From positions 52,946 through 116,945 of the forward strand of contig DATGHL010000030.1 in assembly GCA_035308025.1 (NCBI GenBank): a stretch of DNA of 64,000 nucleotides, written 5' to 3'. Shown here in pieces: positions 12,038 through 22,207 of this stretch. The notes beneath the pieces are model-generated. The model saw only the letters and a program-made list of their open reading frames with translations. It did no database searches and was not told where the DNA came from. Both the position numbers and the translations under genes were made by a program. Position 1 is the first letter of the stretch. Each line of letters opens with the position of its first letter. Source of the stretch: Candidatus Binataceae bacterium (GTDB lineage Bacteria > Desulfobacterota > Binatia > Binatales > Binataceae).

Positions 12038-13165
12038 CTAATTCATCGGGAACCCGAAGACCCGGCCGACGTTGTCATGCACCATCTTGCGCGTATCCGC
12101 CGCAGGAATATCGGCGAAGTTCGACGCGACCTTCCTGCGCGAAAAGGGCCAGACGCCTTCGGTATGCGGATAGTCGGAACCCCACATAAGATTGTCGACG
12201 CCAATCATTTCACGTGTCAGCACGCCCGCGCGATCATCCTCGAAGGTGGCGAAAAATTGCCGATGAAAATAGTAGCTCGGAGTCTCGACCAGCTTCGGCT
12301 GCATCCAGCCCTTGTGGTCATCCCACCAGTGGTCCATGAAACTCAGCACTGAGGCGATCCAGCCGATGCCGCCTTCGACCATCGACCATTTCAACCTCGG
12401 GAAGCGCATCGGCGCGCCGCCCCAGATGAGCCGCATGATTGTGTCTGACATCCCGAATTTCACGACGCCGACGTTGATTCCGCCCGCGCCGGGACCGTGC
12501 GCGATTCCGTAAGGCTCGCGCCCGCTGAGATGGAGTCCGGCGATCATGTTCAAATCCTGCAACGCTGCCCAGAGTTCGTCCCACTCGGGCAGGTTGTAAG
12601 CGCGATCATCGACCCAGGCCGGCAGCATGATCGTCACCAAACCGAGTTTCGCCGCGCGCTGCGCTTCCTTCACTGCCCATTCGACCGGACCGCGATTGGG
12701 CAGCATCGCCGCGCCCTTCAACCGATTCGGATGGACCGCGCAATACTCGGCGAGCCAGTCGTTGTAAGCGCGGCACGACGCATAGATGTATTCGGCGTCA
12801 GGCGAGCGAATGATGTGCAGGCCGACGCCGGGATAGATCACCTCGCCGGAGACGCCATCGAGATCCTGATCCTTGAGGCGGGCGTTCGGCTCCCACGAGC
12901 CTTCGCGATTTTGCTCGTAGCGATAGCCCTTGGGCACCGGGATTTCGATCCCCTGCGCCTTCAGGTCCGCCATCGGCCCCTCGAAAGCCAACGGCCGCGG
13001 CCGGAGGCCCTCGATGACGATGTAGTCGCCGGACTCGTCGAGCGCGCGGATGCGCGGGGCTTTGTCGCGCCACTTGGCGTCCATCCGCGTCTCCCACAGA
13101 TCGCGCGGCTCCATGATATGGGAGTCGGCTGAGAGCAAACGTTCCGTGTATTGAGCCTCGGCCAT
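12038..13165 (-). CDS. Amidohydrolase-2 family protein (metal-dependent hydrolase/decarboxylase, PF04909-like)
   Basis: 375 aa. N-terminal SADSHIMEP and C-terminal GSDYPH motifs. Confidence 0.78.
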   Translation of the reverse strand: MAEAQYTERLLSADSHIMEPRDLWETRMDAKWRDKAPRIRALDESGDYIVIEGLRPRPLAFEGPMADLKAQGIEIPVPKGYRYEQNREGSWEPNARLKDQDLDGVSGEVIYPGVGLHIIRSPDAEYIYASCRAYNDWLAEYCAVHPNRLKGAAMLPNRGPVEWAVKEAQRAAKLGLVTIMLPAWVDDRAYNLPEWDELWAALQDLNMIAGLHLSGREPYGIAHGPGAGGINVGVVKFGMSDTIMRLIWGGAPMRFPRLKWSMVEGGIGWIASVLSFMDHWWDDHKGWMQPKLVETPSYYFHRQFFATFEDDRAGVLTREMIGVDNLMWGSDYPHTEGVWPFSRRKVASNFADIPAADTRKMVHDNVGRVFGFPMN

Positions 13166-13351
13166 GAAATCCTCCGCCGGGTCGAGCGCAGCTCTGCCCG
13201 CCTCATCACTCTTACCGCGTCACGGGCGTTGCCGCCAAGCCTGACGGTCGATTTCGTCAGCACTCGCATTCTGAAGCGGTCGTTACGGTTTGTCTGGCGT
13301 GCCGCTTATCCTGATAATCAACCCCATCGCATGTGCGGATGGGGAAAGCTA

Positions 13352-14029
13352 ATGGCGGCCGACAAAGTGGTCTTTCTGTTCGACGTTGATAACACCCTGC
13401 TCGACAACGATCGCGTCGTCGCCGACCTGATGCGCCATCTCGAGCGCGAAATCGGTCCCGAGCGGCAGCAGCGCTACTGGGAGATTTTCGAGGAGCTGCG
13501 CGGCCAGCTCGGCTATGCTGATTATCTCGGCGCGTTGCAGCGTTACCGCGTCGAGCATCCGCGGGACTCGAACATTCTCGCGGTCTCGCGTTTCCTGATG
13601 CATTATCCTTTTGCGACGCGGCTCTTCCCGAATGCGATCGACGCCATCGACCATTGCAGTCAGTTCGGCAAGTGCGTGATTCTGACCGATGGCGACGTGG
13701 TTTTTCAGCCGCTCAAAATCGATCGCTCCGGCGTCGGCGAAGCCGTCGGCGGCGAGGTCCTGATCTACATTCACAAGGAACTTGAACTGGACGACATCGC
13801 CGCGCGTTGTCCAGCCGATCATTACGTGCTGATCGACGACAAGGTGCGTATTCTCGCGGCGGTCAAGCGCGTTTGGGGGACTAGTTTGACGACCGTGTTT
13901 CCCCGTCAGGGCCATTACGCCCTCGACCAGAAGGAAGTCTCGAAGTACCCGCTTCCCGACCTCACGCTCGAGCGTATCGGCGCGCTGCCGGATTACGATC
14001 TGGCCGCGATGCTCGCCGCAGCCGGGTGA
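13352..14029 (+). CDS. HAD-superfamily hydrolase
   Basis: Motif I FLFDVDNTLLD at the N-terminus and the HAD core. Confidence 0.65.
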   Translation: MAADKVVFLFDVDNTLLDNDRVVADLMRHLEREIGPERQQRYWEIFEELRGQLGYADYLGALQRYRVEHPRDSNILAVSRFLMHYPFATRLFPNAIDAIDHCSQFGKCVILTDGDVVFQPLKIDRSGVGEAVGGEVLIYIHKELELDDIAARCPADHYVLIDDKVRILAAVKRVWGTSLTTVFPRQGHYALDQKEVSKYPLPDLTLERIGALPDYDLAAMLAAAG

Positions 14030-14073
14030 ATCGCGATCGTCGATCGGTTCGCGCGGATAGACGCTACTGCCGT

Positions 14074-14931
14074 TTATTGCGCCTTCCAGATCGAGAGATC
14101 GCGGCCGAGCAAAGTTTCCAGCTCCTCAATGTCCGATGCGCAACGCTCGCGCAGGCGCCTCGCCAACTCCGCGTCGAGCGGCGGAAACTCCGCGCCGCCG
14201 TCCATGCAGGCTTCGAGCAGCGGCTCGATTCGATTCAGCGTCCGCAGCCAGCCGCGCACCTCCAGCGCATCCTTGAGTTGGCGCGCGCGCCGCGCCAGAT
14301 GGCGATAGCGGGGGGCGCGCTCGAAGTGCGCGACCATCCGCCGATCGGCGGGGATCGTATCCAGATTCAATGGCGGTACGCCGATAAACTCGCAGATGCG
14401 ATCGATGTAGCCCTGCCGATCGCGGCGGCTCTCCTCGTAGATCAGGATCAGTACGTTCTCGCGACCGAACCGCTCCTGCCATGCGCGGACGTGCGGCGCG
14501 TAGTTGATGCGCGCGGCGAGCGCGGAATTGCCTTCCAGTTCAGCGGCAAAGGCGCCCTTGACGATCTCGAGCTTGCGCCACAGCTTATAGTGCGAATAAA
14601 TCCGCTCCACCGGCTCGCGCAGCGTGCAGATGATTTTGCATCGCGGGATATGCTCGGCGATGTGTGTGCGGGCGCCGTCATCGTAGAAATAGGTCGGTGC
14701 AAATTCACCCGCGACCGGCTGACTGCAATCGCGAAAATGACGCGCGTACCACTCGATTCCCAACGCATAGCGCCAGCCGAAGAATTGCGTCTCCTTGATT
14801 CGCGCCGGCAGCCCAACGCGCCCGCGGAACAAGCCATCGAGCCAGGTCGTGCCGGTGCGCACCGGACCGATCGCAATAAAATCCGGTAATCGCAAACTTC
14901 TCTCTTTGCTCACGCGCTGAACAGTTCCCAC
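14074..14931 (-). CDS. Sulfotransferase family protein
   Basis: PAPS-binding 5'-PSB-like loop (GPVRTGTTWL) and the sulfotransferase fold. Confidence 0.72.
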   Translation of the reverse strand: MGTVQRVSKERSLRLPDFIAIGPVRTGTTWLDGLFRGRVGLPARIKETQFFGWRYALGIEWYARHFRDCSQPVAGEFAPTYFYDDGARTHIAEHIPRCKIICTLREPVERIYSHYKLWRKLEIVKGAFAAELEGNSALAARINYAPHVRAWQERFGRENVLILIYEESRRDRQGYIDRICEFIGVPPLNLDTIPADRRMVAHFERAPRYRHLARRARQLKDALEVRGWLRTLNRIEPLLEACMDGGAEFPPLDAELARRLRERCASDIEELETLLGRDLSIWKAQ

Positions 14932-14988
14932 TCGCGGCCCGCGGCTTCGTCGAAATCGTCCGTGGCTTGCTATTATTTCTCCCTACCG

Positions 14989-15933
14989 ATGCCGCAATTT
15001 TCCGTCATCATACCCGCGTTCAACGCGGCCGCCACCATCGCACGCACCGTCGAGTGCGTACTGGCACAAACCTCCAGTGACTTCGAGATCATCGTCGTCG
15101 ACGACGGCTCAACCGACTCGACGCGCGAGGTGCTCGAGCGTTATGCGGCACAGATTAGAATCGTCAGCCAGGCGAATCGCGGCCTCTCGGCGGCGCGCAA
15201 TGCGGGCGCAAGCTTGGCGCGCGCGCGATGGCTCGCCCTGCTCGACGCCGACGATACCTGGACGGCAGACAAGCTCGAGGAAATCGCGCGGGCTCTCCCC
15301 CTCTATCCCGACGCCGTGATGTTGTTCTCGGACGCGATTTGCTTCGACCTGAGCGGGACGATCGCGCACGGCCCCTTCATGCCGCCGCAGCTCGCGCACG
15401 CGCCTTCGCGTGAGGAAATGATGGCCGGGCGCTTCCAGATTCTGCCGAGTTCGGCGGTAATTCGGCGCGACACCTGGGAGCGCGCCGGCGGCTTTTCGGA
15501 GGAGTTTCACGGCGCTTCGGGGTTCGAAGACGCCTGGTTCTGGCTGCTCCTCCGAGAGCAGGGACCCTTCGCCTACCTGCCCGCGCGCTTGGTCAACTAT
15601 CGGGTCGCCCCGCTAATCACTCGACTCGAACGCTACCGGCCCGGCTTCGCGATCTTCACGCGCCTCGTGCGTGAGCGTTACGGCGTCGCCGGGGAGCCAC
15701 TGATCCGGGCGCGGCGCGACGCACGGGTGAGCCTCTGGGCGCGCGCTGGTCTCATCGCGCTGGCTGAAGGGCGCGCAGCCGAGGCGCGCTACGCCTTTCG
15801 CAATGCGCTCCGCGAAAATCCGCAGCGCCTGAAAAATCTGCTGCGGCTCTGCCGAACTTACCTGCCGACAGCGCTCGCGCGCGCACTGACGAAATCAGCT
15901 CGTGACCGGGCCTCGACGGACGAGCCGGAGTGA
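14989..15933 (+). CDS. Glycosyltransferase family 2
   Basis: FSVIIPAFN...VVDDGSTD, with DAD/DXD motifs. Confidence 0.8.
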   Translation: MPQFSVIIPAFNAAATIARTVECVLAQTSSDFEIIVVDDGSTDSTREVLERYAAQIRIVSQANRGLSAARNAGASLARARWLALLDADDTWTADKLEEIARALPLYPDAVMLFSDAICFDLSGTIAHGPFMPPQLAHAPSREEMMAGRFQILPSSAVIRRDTWERAGGFSEEFHGASGFEDAWFWLLLREQGPFAYLPARLVNYRVAPLITRLERYRPGFAIFTRLVRERYGVAGEPLIRARRDARVSLWARAGLIALAEGRAAEARYAFRNALRENPQRLKNLLRLCRTYLPTALARALTKSARDRASTDEPE

Positions 15934-16193
15934 AATACCACATCGCCCGACCTGTCTTGAGGCAGCCGCACCACTGGCGAGGACAGCGCCATCGGACGGT
16001 CCGCTTGCCATCGGGCGCGAGAAGCAGCTAGGGTGATATGGACTGATCGTTCAAACTTACTTTGACAAACATTCATAAAGAGTAATCCATGTCGACACTG
16101 TATGGCGTTCCAGCTTTCCCCTTTGGGAGGCTGATGCGGCCCGGCCGCGTCGAATAGTCGAGCCTAGCGCGCCGTCTCATCGGAGGAGTTCGC

Positions 16194-16847
16194 TTGACCC
16201 CAACGGAAGAGGCTATGGGCAATGCCATTAGATCGAATGATGGGAGCTCGCGGCGGACGCGCCGCGAGGTGCTCAAAGCTGCGGCGGGGCTGTCGGCCGC
16301 ATTTGGTCTCGAGCTTATCCTAGGTGGCTGGACGCGCGCGGCCGTCGCCGCCGACCTCGCGAAAGTCAAGCTGATCGATTTTTCTGACGCCGGCGAGAAC
16401 CGCGGGCAGGTGTCACTGGACAAATTCGTCTTGAGCGACGCGCAATGGCGTCAGCGGCTGACGCCTGAGCAGTATGAGATCACGCGTGAGGCGGGGACCG
16501 AGCCGCCCTTCCACAACAAATACGACGAGTGGCACGAGGCCGGTATCTATCGCTGCATCGGTTGCCGCACGGCGCTCTTCAATTCGGCGGCAAAATTTGA
16601 TTCCGGCACCGGCTGGCCGAGTTTCTGGTCGCCGATTGCCCCTGAAAATATCGCCACGCGGAGCGATCATTCGTTCCTGATGGCCCGCACCGAGGTTCTC
16701 TGCCGCCGCTGCGACAGCCATCTGGGCCACGTCTTCGACGACGGTCCGCCGCCAACCGGACTGCGCTACTGCATGAACTCGGCGGCGCTGACTTTCGTGC
16801 CCTTCGCGCGTCCCGCGCTTGCGCGAGCCTCGGGAGCAACCGGATGA
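16194..16847 (+). CDS. msrB: Peptide-methionine (R)-S-oxide reductase MsrB with a Tat signal peptide
   Basis: SelR domain with two CxxC pairs (CIGC...CRRC) and the RYCMNSAAL motif. The N-terminus carries a twin-arginine motif (TRREVLK), a hydrophobic stretch and an AxA site. Confidence 0.85.
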   Translation: MTPTEEAMGNAIRSNDGSSRRTRREVLKAAAGLSAAFGLELILGGWTRAAVAADLAKVKLIDFSDAGENRGQVSLDKFVLSDAQWRQRLTPEQYEITREAGTEPPFHNKYDEWHEAGIYRCIGCRTALFNSAAKFDSGTGWPSFWSPIAPENIATRSDHSFLMARTEVLCRRCDSHLGHVFDDGPPPTGLRYCMNSAALTFVPFARPALARASGATG

Positions 16848-17497
16848 AAGTGCGCGCGCCGCGCCGTGAGCAGCCGCTCGCGATTCGCGTCGCGCACTGG
16901 TGCAATGCGCTGTTTCTGGTCCTGATGGCCGGCAGCGGCCTGCAGATTTTCGCCGCCTATCCCTCGCTGGGCCCGCAGGGCGATGAATATTCGTGGTATC
17001 CCTTTCAGGACACGCCGCCGCCACACTGGCTGACCATCGGCCGATGGCTTGGAGGCGGCAGGCACTGGCATTTCGCGATCGCGTGGTTTTTCATCCTCAA
17101 CGGTCTGTTTTACCTCGGCTACTTTTTTCTGAGTGGCGAATGGCGGCGGCGGCTCTTCCTGCCGGGCCGCGATGTGGTCAATGCGCTCCGGCAATTCGGT
17201 TACTATCTACGATTGCGCAAAACTCCGCCGCCGCCGGATTTTTACAACGGCCTGCAGCGCCTCGCTTATACGTCGGTAATTCTCTTCGGGGCCGTGATGG
17301 TCGTCTCAGGTCTCGCGATCTACAAGCCGGTGCAATTGCACTTTCTGACGATGTTGTTCGGCGGCTACGACGGCGCGCGCGTCGTGCATCTCGCGGGTCT
17401 CTGTTTGTTTGCCCTGTTTGTCGTGACCCATCTGATCCTGGTCGCGAGCCATCCGCGTGAGATCGTCAAGATGTTCACGGGAGGCGAACGTGGCTAG
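16844..17497 (+). CDS. Membrane b-type cytochrome (cytochrome b561/hydrogenase cyt-b-like)
   Basis: 217 aa with about 4-5 TM helices and conserved His residues in the TM segments (RVAHW, GRHWHF, VTHLIL). Its start overlaps the msrB stop. Confidence 0.65.
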   Translation: MKVRAPRREQPLAIRVAHWCNALFLVLMAGSGLQIFAAYPSLGPQGDEYSWYPFQDTPPPHWLTIGRWLGGGRHWHFAIAWFFILNGLFYLGYFFLSGEWRRRLFLPGRDVVNALRQFGYYLRLRKTPPPPDFYNGLQRLAYTSVILFGAVMVVSGLAIYKPVQLHFLTMLFGGYDGARVVHLAGLCLFALFVVTHLILVASHPREIVKMFTGGERG

Positions 17498-18182
17498 CCT
17501 GATTGCGCGCCGCAAGTTCCTCGCGGGCGCGGCCGCGCTAACGCTGCTGGCCGGATGCGAAAGCCGGCCGGCTAACGCGTTTCTCGAGCTGATGCGGGGA
17601 TGGAACGAAAAGGCCGAGGGCTGGATGTTCTCGCCGACGCGCCTGGCGCCGGAGCTGCCCGAGGACGACGAGACCGACGAAGAGGATTTCCCGAAATATT
17701 TCATCTCGTCCACGACGCCGATCGCGCCCGCGAACTGGACGCTCAAAATCGGCGGCCTTGTGCAGAATCCGATGATCCTGACACTCGCCCAGTTGCAGGC
17801 GCTGCCGCCGACCGCGATGCGCGTGCGGCATCACTGCGTCGAAGGTTGGTCAGCGGTAGCCGCGTGGCGTGGCGTGCGATTGAACGAGATTGCGCGGCTC
17901 GCGGAAGTCGATCCGCGAGTGCGCTATGTCGAGTTCCGCTCCTTCGACAAGAACTACTATTCGGGATGGGATCTCGCCAGCGCGATGCATCCGCAGACCC
18001 TGCTGGCCTACGGGATGAACGGTCACACGCTCGGTCCTGATCATGGCGCGCCACTGCGGCTATATTCGGCAGTCAAGCTCGGCTACAAGATGGTCAAGTA
18101 CTTGACCGAAGTTAATTTCCTTCCGCACAAGGTAGGCGGCTACTGGGAAGATCAGGGTTACGAGTGGTTCGGCGGCGTCTGA
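17457..18182 (+). CDS. Molybdopterin-dependent oxidoreductase (sulfite oxidase/YedY-MsrP family), Tat-exported
   Basis: Tat motif RRKFLAGAAALTL and the Moco-binding core (HHCVEGWS...YGMNG...PLRL). Confidence 0.8.
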   Translation: MRSSRCSREANVASLIARRKFLAGAAALTLLAGCESRPANAFLELMRGWNEKAEGWMFSPTRLAPELPEDDETDEEDFPKYFISSTTPIAPANWTLKIGGLVQNPMILTLAQLQALPPTAMRVRHHCVEGWSAVAAWRGVRLNEIARLAEVDPRVRYVEFRSFDKNYYSGWDLASAMHPQTLLAYGMNGHTLGPDHGAPLRLYSAVKLGYKMVKYLTEVNFLPHKVGGYWEDQGYEWFGGV

Positions 18183-18267
18183 AGGCGGCACCATAGCCAA
18201 GCGCGCCCTGGAAACCCGGGGGAAAGCAGACGACGGTTCGATTACCCAACCGTGCTTTTATCGTAAA

Positions 18268-18310
18268 CAGCCGCTGCGACGTTCAGGCTAGGTGAACGTC
18301 GGAGCGGCTG
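18268..18310 (+). terminator. 17-bp stem-loop downstream of the Mo-oxidoreductase gene
   Basis: cagccgctgcgacgttc / gaacgtcggagcggctg with a single mismatch. The following T-tract is weak. Confidence 0.3.
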
Positions 18311-18497
18311 ACTCAGGGGTTTGGTGATATTTTCCGCGCCGGTCGCTAAGAAATGGTGCGAAGGAGATGACGTTGTTGGCAAACAGATCATAGGTCGAAA
18401 GTAGGGTGTTGGAGCCCGCTCCGATCGTTGCCATCCCCGGTCCACCTGCGCCGCACAAGTCGAGAAAGACATCACAACGCAGTTCCTGCGGATTTTT

Positions 18498-19037
18498 TTA
18501 AATCGCTCGCTGGTTTGTTACGGATTGTCGTTTCGTTCGAAGATCCCAGATCCTTGAAAATCCATTGAAGAACACAAGCAGTCTGCCTTTTATTTGATGG
18601 GTGAAGATGATTTTTAGAATTGCCCAAGCGAGATAAGAAAGCCAACTAGCAATCGCCACGGCCATTATAGCCAAGAACAGTTTGTCCTCGATTGTGAACC
18701 ATGGACCGGCGCGAACTGGACCCGCTGCCTCGTAATGGAAGACAGGAGCCATCCATTCGGCTTTGATTTCGAGAAGACCTATGATTGGCCCGTATACGAA
18801 AAAAATAATTATTCCGGTGAACAAAAATAAATAGAATGCCGACAAAAACAAATTAATCGCAAACAGCCCTGCTAAAGAAAGCGTGCTTCTAGTTGCCTTC
18901 TCAAGTCGCTGTACATTCTCTCCTAGTCGCTTCCGATACTCCCAGTCGAAATCGGCGCTAGTCATCTCCAACTGGAAGGTTTCTGCCGCGAGCGCGGATG
19001 CTACATGGCTTCTCCATCGCTTAAGTATCCCACTCAC
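18498..19037 (-). CDS. Hypothetical membrane protein in a low-GC islet
   Basis: 179 aa with 3-4 predicted TM helices. Gene GC is roughly 42% against a roughly 67% background. Confidence 0.5.
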   Translation of the reverse strand: MSGILKRWRSHVASALAAETFQLEMTSADFDWEYRKRLGENVQRLEKATRSTLSLAGLFAINLFLSAFYLFLFTGIIIFFVYGPIIGLLEIKAEWMAPVFHYEAAGPVRAGPWFTIEDKLFLAIMAVAIASWLSYLAWAILKIIFTHQIKGRLLVFFNGFSRIWDLRTKRQSVTNQRAI

Positions 19038-19415
19038 AAGTCGCCCGAAGATAATGCCGCGGTTTTACTTTGAGGGGTCGCCGAATTCATTGCGTGAGCG
19101 AGGTTTCCATAGGTTTCAATTCCGTTCCAGACCGTCGAGCTAAATCCCCAACTGCGCCTGAACAAACTGTTCCAGCGCTTTGACCCCCCCGGTCGGTTTG
19201 ATGCGGCAATTCTCCTCTCGATTGCCTTTTACAACAAGTGCTTTTTCTGTCTGAATAGCCCGAGAAATTGAGAGCGCTGCGTCATTGAAAGCAACGCGTT
19301 ACCGGAGTCGCGGCGCGCGGCCCGAGGACGCGCAGGAGGGTAATTCGGCGCCTGATCCTGCAAGAGCGCGACAACGGAGCGCGAACCTCCTAGCGGTGAA
19401 AAAAGCGGTGAGAAA

Positions 19416-20603
19416 ATGGATTTCAAATTCAGCGAAGCTGACGAGGCCTTTCGCCTGGAACTCCGCAACTGGCTCGAGCACAACGTGCCGCGCGACTGGC
19501 GCGACGACGGCGAACTGAGCGACCCGGAAACCAAGACCGAATTTGAGCGGCGCCGCGCGTGGCATCGGAAACTCTACGACGCCGGCTGGATGTGTATCCA
19601 TTGGCCGAAGGAATATGGCGGCCGCGGCGCAACCTTCCTGCAGCAGATCATCTACAACCAGGAGCTCGATCGCGCCAAGGCCCCGCCGGTCGTCAATTTT
19701 CAGGGCATCGCGCGGGTCGGTCCCACCCTGATGCAGTGGGGCACGCCCGAGCAGAAGCAACGCTACATCCCGCGCATTCCCTGCGCCGAGGAGATTTGGT
19801 GCCAGGGACTTTCCGAGCCGAATCACGGCTCCGACCTCGCCGCGGTCGAGACCCGCGCCGTTGATGAGGGTGATCACTTCGTGGTCAACGGCGCGAAGGT
19901 CTGGACCTCGAACGCCCATCACGCAGATTTCTCGACGCTGCTCTGCCGCACCGATCCGACGCTGCCCAAGCACAAGGGACTCAGCTACCTGCTGGTGGAT
20001 ATGAAGAGCCCCGGGATCACGGTGCGCCCGCTGATTCAGATCACCGGCGAGCACGGCTTCAACCAGGTTTTCTATGAGGATGTGCATGTGCCCAAGGGGA
20101 ACCTGGTGGGGCAGAAAAATCAGGGTTGGATGGTCGCGATGACCAACATGATGTTCGAGCGCACGATCCACGGCGGCCGCACCGACATGATGGTCGAAGT
20201 GCGGCAGCTCGCCGATCTCGCCCGCACGATGCAGCGCAATGGCCGCCCGGCGTGGGAGGACGAATACGTCCGTCAGCGGATCGCGCGCTTCGCCACCGAG
20301 GCCGAGGGGCTCAAATATACCAGCTATCGCCAGCTCACGCGGCAAATTCGCGGCCTGCCGCCGGGTCCCGAGGGTTCGGTAATGAAGCTCGGGATTAGCG
20401 AGCTCAACCTGCGGATGCAGGCGTTCGCGATGGAACTGCTGGGACCTTACAGCCAGTTCGAGTATCGCGCGGAAGGCGCAGTCGATCGCGGCAAGTGGTC
20501 GCATCGGATGCTGGCGGCGCGGCGCGGGACGATCGCAGCCGGCTCGAACGAAATCCAGCACAACATTATCGGTGAGCGCGTGCTCGGCCTGCCGAAGGGC
20601 TGA
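19416..20603 (+). CDS. Acyl-CoA dehydrogenase family protein
   Basis: 395 aa with the ACAD N, M and C domains and a C-terminal [14 protein letters not shown] motif. Confidence 0.9.
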   Translation: MDFKFSEADEAFRLELRNWLEHNVPRDWRDDGELSDPETKTEFERRRAWHRKLYDAGWMCIHWPKEYGGRGATFLQQIIYNQELDRAKAPPVVNFQGIARVGPTLMQWGTPEQKQRYIPRIPCAEEIWCQGLSEPNHGSDLAAVETRAVDEGDHFVVNGAKVWTSNAHHADFSTLLCRTDPTLPKHKGLSYLLVDMKSPGITVRPLIQITGEHGFNQVFYEDVHVPKGNLVGQKNQGWMVAMTNMMFERTIHGGRTDMMVEVRQLADLARTMQRNGRPAWEDEYVRQRIARFATEAEGLKYTSYRQLTRQIRGLPPGPEGSVMKLGISELNLRMQAFAMELLGPYSQFEYRAEGAVDRGKWSHRMLAARRGTIAAGSNEIQHNIIGERVLGLPKG

Positions 20604-20620
20604 GCGGCGAGAGGACGGCG

Positions 20621-21406
20621 ATGAGCAAGTTCGAGGATTACGCCGGCAAATACGAATTCATCAAGATGGAGCGCGACGACGGTATCCTGCAGATGACCCT
20701 GCATAGTAAGGGCGGCGAGCTGCTATGGGGCGGGCGTCCGCATGAAGAGCTGTCGTATGCCTTCGGTGAAGTCGCGCGCGATCGTGAGAACCGCGTGGTG
20801 ATCGTCACCGGCAGCGGCGACAACTTTTGCGCCGACATCATCTGGGGCAAAGCGAGCGCCAAGGCCGGCCCGACCAAGGTGCGGCCGCTCTCGATGGACC
20901 ATACCCTCTCGGACGCCTACTACCTGATCATGAATCATCTCAATATCGCCGTGCCGATGATCGCCGCGGTAAACGGCCCGGCGCTGATTCATTCCGAGCT
21001 GGCGCTGCTGTGCGACATCGTGCTGGCGTCGGAGAACGCCGAGTTTCAGGACTTGCCCCATTTTCCCATGGGCCTCGTGCCGGGCGACGGCGTCCACGCG
21101 GTCTATCCGCTGCTGCTCGGGCTTAATCGCGGACGCTATTTTCTGTTGACCGGTCAGAAAATCCCGGCGCTCGAGGCGCGCGAGATCGGGCTCGTCGCCG
21201 AAGTGCTGCCACGCGATCAATTATTGCCGCGCGCGTGGGAACTCGCGCGCAAAATCGCCAGCAAGCCGCCCCTCACGCTACGCTACGCGCGCGCTTTGCT
21301 GAGCCGGCAACTGAAACGCCTGATGATCGACAATCTCGAGCTGGGACTGGCGCTCGAGGGTCTAGGCTCGGCGGATTACTGGCCCGCGCCTAACCTCAAG
21401 AAATAG
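20621..21406 (+). CDS. Enoyl-CoA hydratase/isomerase (crotonase) family protein
   Basis: 261 aa crotonase fold. First of a tandem paralog pair. Confidence 0.85.
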   Translation: MSKFEDYAGKYEFIKMERDDGILQMTLHSKGGELLWGGRPHEELSYAFGEVARDRENRVVIVTGSGDNFCADIIWGKASAKAGPTKVRPLSMDHTLSDAYYLIMNHLNIAVPMIAAVNGPALIHSELALLCDIVLASENAEFQDLPHFPMGLVPGDGVHAVYPLLLGLNRGRYFLLTGQKIPALEAREIGLVAEVLPRDQLLPRAWELARKIASKPPLTLRYARALLSRQLKRLMIDNLELGLALEGLGSADYWPAPNLKK

Positions 21407-21442
21407 CCGCCGCGCAAGCGGCCAGCGTCGCGAGAAATTCAT

Positions 21443-22207
21443 ATGAGCAAATTCGACGATTACGCGAACAAGTTCGAGCACATCCGGATGGAGCGCCGCG
21501 ACGGCATCCTGCAATTTACGCTGCATCGTAATGGCGGCTCGGTGATTTGGGATTTCGCGGCGCACAGCGACACTGCGCACGCACTCGGCGAAGTCGCGCG
21601 CGATCGCGAGAATCGTGCGGTGATCCTCACCGGCGCGGGCGACGACTTTATCGCTGATCACGAATTCGGCGACGCCAACAAGATTCCCGCGGCGTCCTGG
21701 GACCAGGTCATCACCGACGCCAAGTACCTGATCATGAACCACCTCGACATCGAGGTCCCGATGATCGCCGCGGTCAATGGTCCGGCGCTAATCCATGCGG
21801 AACTCGCGCTGATGTGTGACATCGTGCTGGCCGCAGAGACTGCGGTGTTTCAGGATTTGCCGCACTTCACCAGCGGACTGGTGCCGGGCGACGGCGTCCA
21901 CGTGATCTTTCCGCTCTTGTTGGGCTTCAATCGCGGCCGCTATTTCCTGTTGACGGGCGAGAAGATTCCCGCGCGCGAGGCCAAAACTTTGGGCATGGTC
22001 GGCGAGGTGCTGCCGCGCGAGCAACTGCTACCGCGCGCCTGGGAGCTGGCCCGCCAGATCATCGCGAAGCCGCCGCTGACCGTGCGCTACGCCCGCCAGT
22101 TGCTCACCCGCGAACTCAAACGCGCGATGATCGACAACCTCGGTCTGGGACTGGCGCTCGAGGGTTTAGCCGCCGGCGAATTTTTCATCAGCGACCCGAA
22201 GAAGTAG
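21443..22207 (+). CDS. Enoyl-CoA hydratase/isomerase (crotonase) family protein, tandem paralog
   Basis: 254 aa, collinear with and about 55-60% identical to the preceding crotonase by eye. Confidence 0.85.
   Translation: MSKFDDYANKFEHIRMERRDGILQFTLHRNGGSVIWDFAAHSDTAHALGEVARDRENRAVILTGAGDDFIADHEFGDANKIPAASWDQVITDAKYLIMNHLDIEVPMIAAVNGPALIHAELALMCDIVLAAETAVFQDLPHFTSGLVPGDGVHVIFPLLLGFNRGRYFLLTGEKIPAREAKTLGMVGEVLPREQLLPRAWELARQIIAKPPLTVRYARQLLTRELKRAMIDNLGLGLALEGLAAGEFFISDPKK

Noticed and set aside
13151-13351. Upstream extension of the HAD hydrolase ORF (from 13151)
   Set aside because: It overlaps the start of the amidohydrolase gene on the other strand. The conserved HAD motif I lies just after the ATG at 13352.
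16062-16090. TTGACA-containing putative sigma70 promoter upstream of msrB
   Set aside because: No acceptable -10 hexamer sits at 16-18 bp spacing. Sequence alone does not support a call.
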